In this document: piece after piece, positions 1 to 9,618 of the stretch
Layout of the letters: each line of letters opens with the position of its first letter
How positions within the stretch are numbered: position 1 is the first letter of the stretch
IMG/VR virus record: IMGVR_UViG_3300035338_000016
Location: 78,784-127,532 of that record
Length of the DNA: 48,749 nt
Reading direction: 5' to 3' (one strand)
Source: a virus
Program-made: the position numbers and the translations under genes
The notes under the pieces: generated by a model
Told to the model about the DNA's origin: nothing
The model's database searches: none
Seen by the model: the letters and a program-made list of their open reading frames with translations, nothing else

Positions 1-88
1 ATGAATGTATTAATGGAGTTAGGGATTTGATTAAGTGGTTAGGTGGAGAAATTAGAGTTATGAAGTAAATTATAGGAGGATTTATTGA

Positions 89-985
89 ATGAGAATGACT
101 AAGAAGAAAGAAACAAAGAAAGCTGAAAAGAAACCGACAACTATGGAATCAAAAATTGAAAAACAGATGGGAAGTTCTAATATCAAAACTAAAGGATTTA
201 AGACATTGGAACTGGAAAATTATGAAATGTCACGAGAAGATATTGAGTTAATTTTGGAATATCAAAAGAAACTTCCAGTGTTGCAAGAAGATAATGAAAA
301 TTGGGTAGATGGTAGATTACTTTGGGAACAGTTGGGAGTTAAAAGTGAATATGCCAATTGGATTAAACAAAATATTTCTGACATGGACTTAGTTGAAAAT
401 GAGGATTATAAAATTGATTTGACTTTGAAATCAAACCAAAAAGGTAGAGGTGGAGATAGGCGTTCCGTACTTTACAATATCAAAGTTTCTACTGCTAAAG
501 AAATTGCTATGGTGGCAGGTGCTAAAGGTGGGCGTACTTCTAAAGAGTTAAAAGAAAATAGTAAACTTGCTCGTAAATATTTTATCGCTATTGAATCTGC
601 TTTTAAAAATCGTAAAGAATGGAATTATGATAGAGCTGATACATTAGTTGGGTTCAAAGGTTTACAACAAGCTTTTATGAACTATAGAGCTGAATTGTTG
701 CCTAATGTTCCAGATTGGGCAAGAAATAATATTCAAATTGCAGAATTTTGGGCGATTAACGATGTAATCATTGGAATGACAAGTAACGAATTTAGAAATG
801 TTATGGGATTAACTAAGAAAGAATCTATTAGAAATGCTTTCACAGAACATCAATTAGAGTATGTTGCTTTATTAGAAAAGTTTGATGCCGACTTAATTGC
901 TATACATAATATTTTTGATTTTGAAGAAAGACATAAGAAACTTTATGAAAAATATATGTTGTTGTCAAAAGGAAAATTTGCTTAA
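89..985 (+). CDS. AntA/AntB-family phage antirepressor
   Basis: VDGRLLWEQLGVKSEYANWIK...ENEDY...GGDRRS...TAKEIAM signature; GGAGG RBS upstream. Confidence 0.8.
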   Translation: MRMTKKKETKKAEKKPTTMESKIEKQMGSSNIKTKGFKTLELENYEMSREDIELILEYQKKLPVLQEDNENWVDGRLLWEQLGVKSEYANWIKQNISDMDLVENEDYKIDLTLKSNQKGRGGDRRSVLYNIKVSTAKEIAMVAGAKGGRTSKELKENSKLARKYFIAIESAFKNRKEWNYDRADTLVGFKGLQQAFMNYRAELLPNVPDWARNNIQIAEFWAINDVIIGMTSNEFRNVMGLTKKESIRNAFTEHQLEYVALLEKFDADLIAIHNIFDFEERHKKLYEKYMLLSKGKFA

Positions 986-1019
986 TTGATATATAAAATA
1001 AAAATAGGAGGAATTTATT

Positions 1020-1226
1020 ATGAAGTTTGAATTTGAAGAAGGTATGGAAGAATTCATAAAAGATTATATTGACTGTGAAAATGGTGATTATGATTGTAAA
1101 AATTGTTCCAACAATGATGAGTGTTACATGGAGGCTAACGTAAAGTGCAATCAAGAATTTGCAAAGAGTATTGATTATGGTGGTTATGATACAGAAGAAG
1201 AATTTTGGGAAAATATTTATGACTAA
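1020..1226 (+). CDS. Small acidic Cys-rich hypothetical protein
   Basis: AGGAGG RBS, ATG start, CxxC-x4-C motif. Confidence 0.75.
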   Translation: MKFEFEEGMEEFIKDYIDCENGDYDCKNCSNNDECYMEANVKCNQEFAKSIDYGGYDTEEEFWENIYD

Positions 1227-1241
1227 GGAAGGTGAATAACA

Positions 1242-4016
1242 ATAGCTAAACAACAATCATGCCATAAATTTATATATAAGTTACATAGCAAAAGATTAAA
1301 ACAAGCAAAGTGGAATTTAAAACTACCTCTTAATGTTGCAATGAAAAATAAAAATGATATTGTCGCTTTAAATGATAGTCAAATTCTTAGATGGATATGC
1401 GAATTAAATGGAATTGGAAATTTAGATGAACAAGTTGCAAATACAAAAAGAGATATAAAGAATATTAAAAAATTACCAAAAAGTAATGAGAATAAAGAAA
1501 AATTAAAGTTGCTATACGAAGATTTATACTCATTACAATTCCAAAGAGACTATCTTTGTGTAATTATGAATTCAAATAAAGACTACGATATTGCAAATGA
1601 AGGTTTAAGAATTAATTCATATAAGTATCGTAGACTCCTTGGAACTAATGGTGGAATAAAAAAATCAACCATTACTTATATTGGCGAAAATATTTACGAC
1701 GAAATTGTTAAAAGAATGGATAATGGTAGAGATAAAACTATCCCTGTCATTCCTGCAAAGTTAGAAGCATATCAGGCTTTAATATGTAGTGGATCAACGC
1801 CAGTTACTATGCCAAGAATGTTAATTGTTCAAGACTGCAATGTACAATTTACTGAAAATGTATTGAAAATCTCTGACAATAAAAATGGTGAACCAATTTT
1901 AACAGAAGAAAATAATTGTGTTATTGATTATTGTGACTCTGATGGATACGGATTCATGTCGCCTCAATATTCTTGTGTAGTAAATAGAGATTTATATGGT
2001 GATGAGTTTGCAAATGAAACTATTTCTGGGATTAATACTAGATACGCTTGGACTAAAGGCATGTTATTCACATTTGACTTTGTAGAATTTGCAAAACGGG
2101 TAAATGATCAAAACTATATAGTTAAAGACGCTTGGGGAATTGACAGAGACGTTAGGGAATACGATGTCATTCTAACTACTTCAATGGTGAAACTATGGGA
2201 TTCATATAAAAGCTTAGAACACTACATTGAATGTTGCGATCAAAATCATTATCAGTTTTCAGTTGCCAAAGCCATGCCACATAAACTAGAGAACACAAGA
2301 AATTCAAATTATCAGTTTTTACAAACTTACGAATTGAATGATTCTGAATTATTAGAATTGTGTTCCCCTACTATTCAGGAAATTTCAGATGTTTTAGGGC
2401 AAGATTGGAGAAAAACATTAGTATTTTTGAAAGGTATGTATTGTGACGATGATACTATGGATTTTCTTGATGATGATTTTGTCAAAGCAATAATGATTGA
2501 TAATAATGTAATAAATGATAGCTTTGTATCCAAGAAAATTCATGCTATGATTAAGAAAAGAATTGAAATGGCAGCAAAAGGTTCAATTAAATTAAGCGGA
2601 AATTTTGCGATTGTATCTGGTGATTTATATTCGCTTGCCCAGTCAATTTTTGATCTTCCTGTAACTGGATTATTAAAAACAGGCGAAGTCTATCATAAAT
2701 ATTGGATTGACAAATCAGTCGAAGACATTGTTCTATTCCGTGCCCCAATGACTTGTCATAATAATATTAGGAAAAGAAAAGTAGTGCATAACGAAGAAAT
2801 GGATTTTTGGTATCAATATAATAAGACTGGTATTATTTTAAATTCATGGGATACAACTTGTGATGCATTGAATGGTGCAGACAAGGACTCGGATTCTTTC
2901 TTTACGACTGATAATAAGATTATTATTGATCATACATTAAATTCTTTAACTATTGAATGTATTCAAAGAAAAGCTAGAAAAATTATTCCTACTGAAATAG
3001 ATATGGTAATGGCTAATAAACTCGCATTCGGTGATGAAATTGGCACAACGACTAATCGAATTACAGCTATGATCGAGAAACAATCAATATTTCCTGAAGA
3101 CAGCGAAGAATATAAAATGCTGGATTATAGGATAAAGTGTGGGCAACACTATCAACAAAATGCGATTGACAAAGCCAAGGGCATTATTTCAGATCCTATG
3201 CCTAAATATTGGTATAGTAAATCAGCCTGTAAAGAACTTGAAGAAGATACTCCTGAAAATAAACAATTTAAAGAATTGTGTTTAAGCATTGTGGCTGAAA
3301 ATAAACCTTACTTTATGAAATATGTCTACCCAGATTTAATGGTGAGATGGAATAAATATATAAGAGATACAAACAGCAAATGTATCAGAGAGTTTAAAAT
3401 GACAATAGAAGAACTATTGAATAAACAAAACAAGACTATAAGAGAGAAAGAATTTTTGTCTTATTATGAGCAATTAAAACCTGTTGGTGACAATCCGTGT
3501 ATTATAAATCGCATCTCATGGTTATTTGAAGATAGATTTAATCACTTCTTATCAAATAATTCAACTCATGCAAATTTTGACTATTCTATTTTTAAATCCA
3601 ATGTTGAATATAGTAAAAATGATTTCTTGAAAATTAAAAAAATAAAGTTAGAATACGATGATGAAGTAATGTACTATCAACAATTAATCAGTAAACAAAG
3701 ATTGGACAAAGATGAAGTTTCTGTAAATAGAGCAATGATGTTAATGAAGTTTAAATCAAAGTGTCAAGAAATATGTTCAAATGATAAAGAACTTTGCGAT
3801 ATAGTATTGGATATTTGTTATACAAAAAACAAATCTAAACAATTTGCGTGGGATATTTGCGGAGAAACAATAATTGAAAATTTATTAGAAAAAAACAATC
3901 ACATTATTAACTATCCTGTATTGGTTCAATCAAACGGAGAGTTTGAATTTGGTGGTGAACAATTTGTCATGTGCAAAAAACAAATTAAGGAGGATGAAGA
4001 TTTATTATTATTTTAA
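1242..4016 (+). CDS. YonO-like single-subunit two-barrel DNA-dependent RNA polymerase (probable ATA start at 1242; first ATG at 1341)
   Basis: SDGYGFMS, R-x4-KG (RYAWTKG), FRAP and NGADKDSD (DxDxD) motifs; sits at the head of the late region as yonO does in SPbeta; frame open from stop at 1233, RBS GGTGA 6 nt before ATA. Confidence 0.85.
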   Translation: MAKQQSCHKFIYKLHSKRLKQAKWNLKLPLNVAMKNKNDIVALNDSQILRWICELNGIGNLDEQVANTKRDIKNIKKLPKSNENKEKLKLLYEDLYSLQFQRDYLCVIMNSNKDYDIANEGLRINSYKYRRLLGTNGGIKKSTITYIGENIYDEIVKRMDNGRDKTIPVIPAKLEAYQALICSGSTPVTMPRMLIVQDCNVQFTENVLKISDNKNGEPILTEENNCVIDYCDSDGYGFMSPQYSCVVNRDLYGDEFANETISGINTRYAWTKGMLFTFDFVEFAKRVNDQNYIVKDAWGIDRDVREYDVILTTSMVKLWDSYKSLEHYIECCDQNHYQFSVAKAMPHKLENTRNSNYQFLQTYELNDSELLELCSPTIQEISDVLGQDWRKTLVFLKGMYCDDDTMDFLDDDFVKAIMIDNNVINDSFVSKKIHAMIKKRIEMAAKGSIKLSGNFAIVSGDLYSLAQSIFDLPVTGLLKTGEVYHKYWIDKSVEDIVLFRAPMTCHNNIRKRKVVHNEEMDFWYQYNKTGIILNSWDTTCDALNGADKDSDSFFTTDNKIIIDHTLNSLTIECIQRKARKIIPTEIDMVMANKLAFGDEIGTTTNRITAMIEKQSIFPEDSEEYKMLDYRIKCGQHYQQNAIDKAKGIISDPMPKYWYSKSACKELEEDTPENKQFKELCLSIVAENKPYFMKYVYPDLMVRWNKYIRDTNSKCIREFKMTIEELLNKQNKTIREKEFLSYYEQLKPVGDNPCIINRISWLFEDRFNHFLSNNSTHANFDYSIFKSNVEYSKNDFLKIKKIKLEYDDEVMYYQQLISKQRLDKDEVSVNRAMMLMKFKSKCQEICSNDKELCDIVLDICYTKNKSKQFAWDICGETIIENLLEKNNHIINYPVLVQSNGEFEFGGEQFVMCKKQIKEDEDLLLF

Positions 4017-4753
4017 ATGAAAAAGAATATGTAATTGACGTATTGGAAAATAAAAAGCTTGATGTATCTAAAACGTATACTTTTTTAAGTATGTACGCAA
4101 GGTTTTTATATCATGAGTATGGATTGAGAAAAGTTAAAATCATTAAAACACTCGATGATTTTATGAAAAATAACTATCCAAGGTACAATCCTGTTGATTG
4201 GTCTGTAAATATTGAAAAATATGCTGTAAAGGCAAGTAAATACCCCTTGTGTGAATGCAAAGGGGTCTGGATTACAAAAAATGAATTAAAAACAATTGAA
4301 GATATACAGAATAAAGTTCTGGTACGGTTAGCATTTACCCTTTTATGTCTATCTAAGTTTAGGAATTTTAGAAACTCTCAAAATAATAATTGGGTTAATT
4401 ATAGCAATGGTGAAATTTATAAGCTTGCTTGCATTAATACTACTGCTTTTGATAAAGACTTGAAATTTAATCAATTACGAGAATTGGGGTTAATTGAATA
4501 CGCTAAAAAAGTAGACAATCTTAATATTAGAGTTTTATACATAGACGATGAAAGCGAAAAGAAATTGTTTGTTTCAGATTTTAGACAGCTTGGATACGAG
4601 TGGAGATTGTATAAAGGTGAAAAATATATCAGATGTGCTGATTGTGGGATATTAGTTAGACGAAACACAAATAACCAAAAATATTGTAAAGCTTGTGCTT
4701 ATGATAAGCAATTAGAACGAAATCGTGAATATAAATCAAATTTAGCAATTTAG
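4004..4753 (+). CDS. Hypothetical protein with possible winged helix and C-terminal zinc ribbon (probable ATT start at 4004; track start 4043)
   Basis: CADC...CKAC; overlaps RNAP stop; AGGAGG at 3988-3993. Confidence 0.7.
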   Translation: MIILNEKEYVIDVLENKKLDVSKTYTFLSMYARFLYHEYGLRKVKIIKTLDDFMKNNYPRYNPVDWSVNIEKYAVKASKYPLCECKGVWITKNELKTIEDIQNKVLVRLAFTLLCLSKFRNFRNSQNNNWVNYSNGEIYKLACINTTAFDKDLKFNQLRELGLIEYAKKVDNLNIRVLYIDDESEKKLFVSDFRQLGYEWRLYKGEKYIRCADCGILVRRNTNNQKYCKACAYDKQLERNREYKSNLAI

Positions 4754-5137
4754 GATATATTCTAAAATTCTTATAAATCGTCTACATCCTTTGATTTTAC
4801 AGGCTTTTCTGGACATGCATTTTCAAATTGAGATTTTCCTATATGGTAATAGTATATAAGAATCAAAAATTTTACCACTCCTATTTTGTATAAATATATC
4901 ATTTTTCATTTAGTATCCCCTCTCCTTTTCATGCCGTATGACTCGCAAAGACACATCTATTGCAAATTCGCATTCAGCTCTCGATTAGTTATACGGCAAC
5001 TTTTCTAAGTTAATTATGGCACATACCTGTATAGGCTGTGACCATTACTATTTTATAAAATCAAATCTCCAGTGTTAGCTATATGAAATGGGTTATCATG
5101 AGATAATTCCATCATAAGTTTTAGCACTGGATAATAT

Positions 5138-5209
5138 GGGTGATTAGCTCAGTGGTAGAGCGTTTGACTGTTAATCAAATTGTCGTGAGTTCAAGTCTCA
5201 CATTGCCCT
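5138..5209 (+). tRNA. tRNA with GTT anticodon (Asn), no encoded CCA
   Basis: Cloverleaf: GGGTGAT/ATTGCCC acceptor, GCTC/GAGC D arm, TTTGA-CTGTTAA-TCAAA anticodon arm, GTGAG-TTCAAGT-CTCAC T arm. Confidence 0.9.
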
Positions 5210-5260
5210 TCTTCCCTATTTCGGGGAAATTAAAATTTAAAAAGAAAGAAGTGTTTATTT

Positions 5261-5440
5261 ATTAAACCAATCACCAAAACAGAAGCAATGTATTTAAGAA
5301 ACAATGGTTATGAAGAGTATGTTCAGAGAGCAGCAATTTGCAAGAGTTATTATCTTGTAGAAACAGCTGAATCTCGTAAATTCCTAGATGATTATAGGAA
5401 ATCGGTAACTGTTTATAGTTATTTTAAAAAAATCAAGTAA
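5261..5440 (+). CDS. Small hypothetical protein (59 aa, ATT start; not in ORF track)
   Basis: Open frame IKPITKTEAMYLRNNGYEEY...FKKIK* fills the gap between the tRNA and the nuclease; weak RBS. Confidence 0.55.
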   Translation: MKPITKTEAMYLRNNGYEEYVQRAAICKSYYLVETAESRKFLDDYRKSVTVYSYFKKIK

Positions 5441-5470
5441 CAAAAATACATATGAAGGGTGGCGTGTTCA

Positions 5471-6901
5471 ATCGCCAAGAAAAAGAAAATCGAAATTAGC
5501 TTTGTAGATGAACCTGCATCTGAAGGTGTCACTGGCTCAATGGTGTACGTTTCTACGCCAAACCATAACTTATTGATCGAAGCAGGAATGATGCAGAGTA
5601 ATAATTCCAAGCACGACTATGAGGTTAATTCCAGACATTACAAGGAATTTAAACCTAAAGAAATAGATACGGTATTCTTATGTCATACGCATGGAGATCA
5701 TACATTTCTGCTGCCATTATTATATAGTAGAAATTGTAAAGCTAAAACCATTCTACCAGCCAAAAGCTTACCAATATTAGATGTTATGCTCAAAGATTGT
5801 GCTTTTATCAACGGTAGAGATTCGGATACATTGACGAGAAAATATAAAAAAGAGTATGATCCTCTATTTGACGAAGAAACTGTGCGCTATTGCATGAATT
5901 ATGTGTTTGAAGAACCTATTGGAGAACTTATTAAGATAGATGATGAAATTTCCTATAGATTTATCCCATCAGGACATATCCCATTTGCCTGTCAATTAGA
6001 ACTGTATATCACAGTTAATAATCACACAACAAAAATTCTATATACAAGCGATATAGGTAATATTGAACTACGACAGCCATTTACTGAGCAGTTTGAACCC
6101 GTATCAAAAGCGAATATAGTTATAGCAGAGAATACCTACGCTGGACGTACTGGATTACAGACTGGTAAAAAAGAACGTCAAAATGATTTAGATAAAATTA
6201 AAAGCATTGTTGAAAATCAAGTTTTAGAGCGTAGAGGTAGAGTTTTAATCCCTGTATTTGCTCAAACTAGATGCCAAGTTATCGCATGGTATTTATATGA
6301 AATATTCAAGAATCGTGAGGATTTTAACTGTAAAGTCTATGTAGACAGTCCCCTTTGCTGTAAAGTTTTTGAATTGTATAGTCAATTGCTTGAAGGTGAA
6401 GAAAAACGTAAAATTGATGAATTGCTCGCATGGGACAAGCTAGTGTTGGTTAAAGATGCAGAAGATAGTCGTGCATTAGTCCAGTCTAAAGAACCTTGTG
6501 TTTTGTTGTCATCTTCGGGAATGTGCCACAGCGGAAGGGTCGTTCATCATATTAAGTCATTAGTAAGTAACAGTAATGCTACGATTTTGTTTGTCGGTTA
6601 TGCTTCACCGTATACATTGGCTGGAAAATTGAAAGACCATAATCAGAAAACTATTACTATTGACACTAAGGTTTACCCTATCCGGTGCAATTCATATTCT
6701 TTGAAGTCAATGAGTTCTCATATCAATCATGATTCAATGTTGCAATACTACTCTAGTATTCGTGCAGATAAAATCTATCTACATCATGCAGATATGGATG
6801 ATAAGTTGAGTTTTAAAGAAGAATTAACTGAAGTTTTAAAAGAAAAATTATCAACCACTAAAGTAATTGCAGTAAATAGTAGTACAAAAATTTCAATTTA
6901 G
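5471..6901 (+). CDS. Metallo-beta-lactamase/beta-CASP nuclease (CPSF73/Ysh1-like RNase); start ATC 5471 or GTG 5459
   Basis: HTHGDH, SGH, SDIG, ENTY, SSSGM, FVGY and SSH motifs. Confidence 0.88.
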   Translation: MAKKKKIEISFVDEPASEGVTGSMVYVSTPNHNLLIEAGMMQSNNSKHDYEVNSRHYKEFKPKEIDTVFLCHTHGDHTFLLPLLYSRNCKAKTILPAKSLPILDVMLKDCAFINGRDSDTLTRKYKKEYDPLFDEETVRYCMNYVFEEPIGELIKIDDEISYRFIPSGHIPFACQLELYITVNNHTTKILYTSDIGNIELRQPFTEQFEPVSKANIVIAENTYAGRTGLQTGKKERQNDLDKIKSIVENQVLERRGRVLIPVFAQTRCQVIAWYLYEIFKNREDFNCKVYVDSPLCCKVFELYSQLLEGEEKRKIDELLAWDKLVLVKDAEDSRALVQSKEPCVLLSSSGMCHSGRVVHHIKSLVSNSNATILFVGYASPYTLAGKLKDHNQKTITIDTKVYPIRCNSYSLKSMSSHINHDSMLQYYSSIRADKIYLHHADMDDKLSFKEELTEVLKEKLSTTKVIAVNSSTKISI

Positions 6902-6912
6902 GTGGTGTTCAT

Positions 6913-7155
6913 ATTAAGAAATTTACTTTAGGTCTATTAATGGGTGTAGTTGGACTTCCAATTATTGAAGGATTATGTGATTTAACATTGAGTTGGATAG
7001 AGGTAGCTAAAATTACGCCAATAAAGAAAACATTACATGGCAATGCTGAAATTGCTAATTTGCAAGGTGAGACTGAATATCAGGGTGAAACAATTGTCGA
7101 GGGTTTTAAATATTGTCCTGAAGAAGATGAAGAATGGGAAGACGACGAAGAATAA
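6913..7155 (+). CDS. Small protein with hydrophobic N-terminus and acidic tail (probable ATT start; track start 6940)
   Basis: AGGTGGTG RBS then in-frame IKKFTLGLLMGVVGLPII. Confidence 0.65.
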   Translation: MKKFTLGLLMGVVGLPIIEGLCDLTLSWIEVAKITPIKKTLHGNAEIANLQGETEYQGETIVEGFKYCPEEDEEWEDDEE

Positions 7156-7275
7156 TTTTTTTATTATGAGATTATCTAAATTTTCCCTAATATACATTAT
7201 ACTATTGATAGTGTAAATAGCAATATACGAAATAACCAAAAATTAGTTGATATATGGATGAAAGGATGTTAACGA

Positions 7276-7473
7276 ATGATTAAAGTTAAAGAAACAAGCG
7301 CAAAGACAACACCAGCGAAAAGATCGATTACTGTTTCAGGAGTTAGAATTGAAAACGGTGTATTTGTAGATGAAGAAGGTAATATTGTAGATTCAGTATT
7401 AGAAGCATTACCTGAAGCTAGTTCAATTTTCGATATTAAAATCGCCATTGAATTAGATGAAGAAGAAGAATAA
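7276..7473 (+). CDS. Small hypothetical protein
   Basis: AAGGA RBS, ATG start, co-oriented with neighbours. Confidence 0.75.
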   Translation: MIKVKETSAKTTPAKRSITVSGVRIENGVFVDEEGNIVDSVLEALPEASSIFDIKIAIELDEEEE

Positions 7474-7489
7474 GAGAGGGGAATTTTAA

Positions 7490-8674
7490 ATTAACGATAA
7501 TAATAAATTCCTCAAAGAACAACTAGAACTTCTTAAAAGTAAAAAGACGGATGTTTCTATTGAATGGCAAGACATTGCAGATTTTAGGTCGGATTACATA
7601 GGAACTCTTGAACATAGAGATACTTGCAGAAAAGGTTCTAAATTGTTGTATGAATATATTGATGCAGGATGGGTCAATGAACCATATGAAAATAATTCAT
7701 CTGAAAATTTAGAAATTCAGAAACTTCAAAAGGAACGATATAAATTACAAAGTCAAAAAATCGAATATAATCGTTGGCTTAGAGAAGAAGCTAGAGATGA
7801 ACTGATTACAGAACAAATTATCAATGCAGTCCATAACCTCCCTCCCCTACTAATTCCAGAATACATACCAAGTGTTATTAATCCAAAAGCATATGGTCTT
7901 TTTTATGGAGATTGCCATTACGGGGTAGAGTTTTCAATTAAAGGATTGTTTGGGGAAGTAATAAATGAATATAGCCCAGAAATTTTTGAAAAAAGAATGT
8001 GGAAGCTGCTCGATAAAGTTAGTGAAATTATTAATAAAGAGAATATTGATACACTGAACATTTATGATTTTGGTGACAGTATTGATGGTTTGCTTAGAGT
8101 AAGTCAACTATGGAAATTACGATATGGAGTTGTAGATTCTACTATTAAATTTGCTGATTTTATTAGTAATTGGTTAAATGAGTTTACTAGAATTGTCAAT
8201 GTAAAATTCCAAATGGTGATTGACTCGAATCATAATCAGTTACGATTAATATCTCAGCCAAAAAATACATTCAAAGATGATAATATGTCTAAGGTTATCG
8301 CAGCTTTTATTAAAGAGCGATTGAAAGATAATCCCAATTTTGAATTCATTGAGAACCCTACTGGTATGATTTTTGACAATTTGTGCAATTACAATTTATT
8401 AGGGATTCATGGTGAAGTTAAAAATATGGAATCTGCATTAAAGGATTTTTCACAGATTTATAATGTAAAACTTAACTATTTAGTCGGTGGACATTTACAT
8501 CATGGAATCTACAAAGAGGTTGGACAAGATACAGAAGTAATTAATATCCCATCAATTATTGGTGTGGATGATTATAGTATGTCATTATTGAAAACTTCAA
8601 ATTCAGGTGCAAAGTTGTTTTGCTTTGAAGAAAATAATGGTAAAAGTTTAGAGTATTCAATTAAATTACAATAA
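7490..8674 (+). CDS. Calcineurin-like metallophosphoesterase with N-terminal coiled coil (probable ATT start at 7490; track start 7643)
   Basis: GDCH, GDSID, SNH, IHG, GHLH motifs; frame opens exactly at ATT after TAA, with GAGGGG 8 nt upstream. Confidence 0.85.
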   Translation: MNDNNKFLKEQLELLKSKKTDVSIEWQDIADFRSDYIGTLEHRDTCRKGSKLLYEYIDAGWVNEPYENNSSENLEIQKLQKERYKLQSQKIEYNRWLREEARDELITEQIINAVHNLPPLLIPEYIPSVINPKAYGLFYGDCHYGVEFSIKGLFGEVINEYSPEIFEKRMWKLLDKVSEIINKENIDTLNIYDFGDSIDGLLRVSQLWKLRYGVVDSTIKFADFISNWLNEFTRIVNVKFQMVIDSNHNQLRLISQPKNTFKDDNMSKVIAAFIKERLKDNPNFEFIENPTGMIFDNLCNYNLLGIHGEVKNMESALKDFSQIYNVKLNYLVGGHLHHGIYKEVGQDTEVINIPSIIGVDDYSMSLLKTSNSGAKLFCFEENNGKSLEYSIKLQ

Positions 8675-8696
8675 AAATTAAAGGAGATTAAAACAT

Positions 8697-8987
8697 ATGA
8701 ATAAAGAATTATTGGTAACAGCTATCGCAGATAAGGCAGAAATTACAAAAAATGATGCCGAAAAGGCTCTTAAAGCATTTGAAGATGTAGTGACAGAAAC
8801 TCTTGCGAAAAATGAAAAGATTCAGCTTGTAGGTTTCGGTACATTTGATGTTGGTGAAAGAGCTGAAAGACCCGGTAGAAACCCACAAACTGGTGAACCC
8901 TTAACGATTGCAGCTTCCAAGACAATTAAATTTAAGTCTGGAAAATCACTTAAAGATGCGGTAAATAAGGAAGCGGTGAAAGGCTGA
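8697..8987 (+). CDS. hup: HU family DNA-binding protein
   Basis: MNKELL...GFGTF...R.GRNPQTGE...KFKSGKSLKDAVN. Confidence 0.95.
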   Translation: MNKELLVTAIADKAEITKNDAEKALKAFEDVVTETLAKNEKIQLVGFGTFDVGERAERPGRNPQTGEPLTIAASKTIKFKSGKSLKDAVNKEAVKG

Positions 8988-8988
8988 T

Positions 8989-9543
8989 ATGACAGATATT
9001 TGCATTGAAGATATGACCGAAATTGTAGATATTATCGCAAATGAAGCGTATGACATTGAAGAATATGGCTCTGTTAGTGTAATTGCTTTCTATGAAGATA
9101 TGGCTGGAATTCTAAAAGAATTGTTGGCTTATGAAGATTTCATGGTTGGAAATATTGAATTATATGATTTTGAAATGACCAACTATGATAAAGAATATAT
9201 TATGACAATTTGTGAAGATTTAAAAATTTGGATCCAGCCTATGTTTAACGGCGAAAGATATATTAATTATGAAGCTGGTAAGGTATTCATTGCAGATGAT
9301 TGTCATTCTTCTGTTTTGGAATATAATTTCAATCGTAAATCTGATACATATTGTTTTGGCTATGCAGAAGATGAAGAAATTTGTGAATGTGAAGATTGTC
9401 AGTGTGAAGATGAAGATGATACGAATGACAGCATGCATAGTTTCTCTATAACTTCATCTGACCAATATGGAATATCTACATATTCCTTTTACAGCACAGA
9501 TTTGGGTTTAGTAAAAGAATTTGCTGAACGTTTTAAAAAGTAA
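8989..9543 (+). CDS. Highly acidic hypothetical protein
   Basis: Abuts HU stop; D/E-rich with CECEDCQC cluster. Confidence 0.75.
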   Translation: MTDICIEDMTEIVDIIANEAYDIEEYGSVSVIAFYEDMAGILKELLAYEDFMVGNIELYDFEMTNYDKEYIMTICEDLKIWIQPMFNGERYINYEAGKVFIADDCHSSVLEYNFNRKSDTYCFGYAEDEEICECEDCQCEDEDDTNDSMHSFSITSSDQYGISTYSFYSTDLGLVKEFAERFKK

Positions 9544-9618
9544 TTAATATCAAAAGTGATTAAGACTGCGTGATTGTGCGTAGTCTTAATCATTTTGTTT
9601 CGAAAGGAAGTGGAAGTT

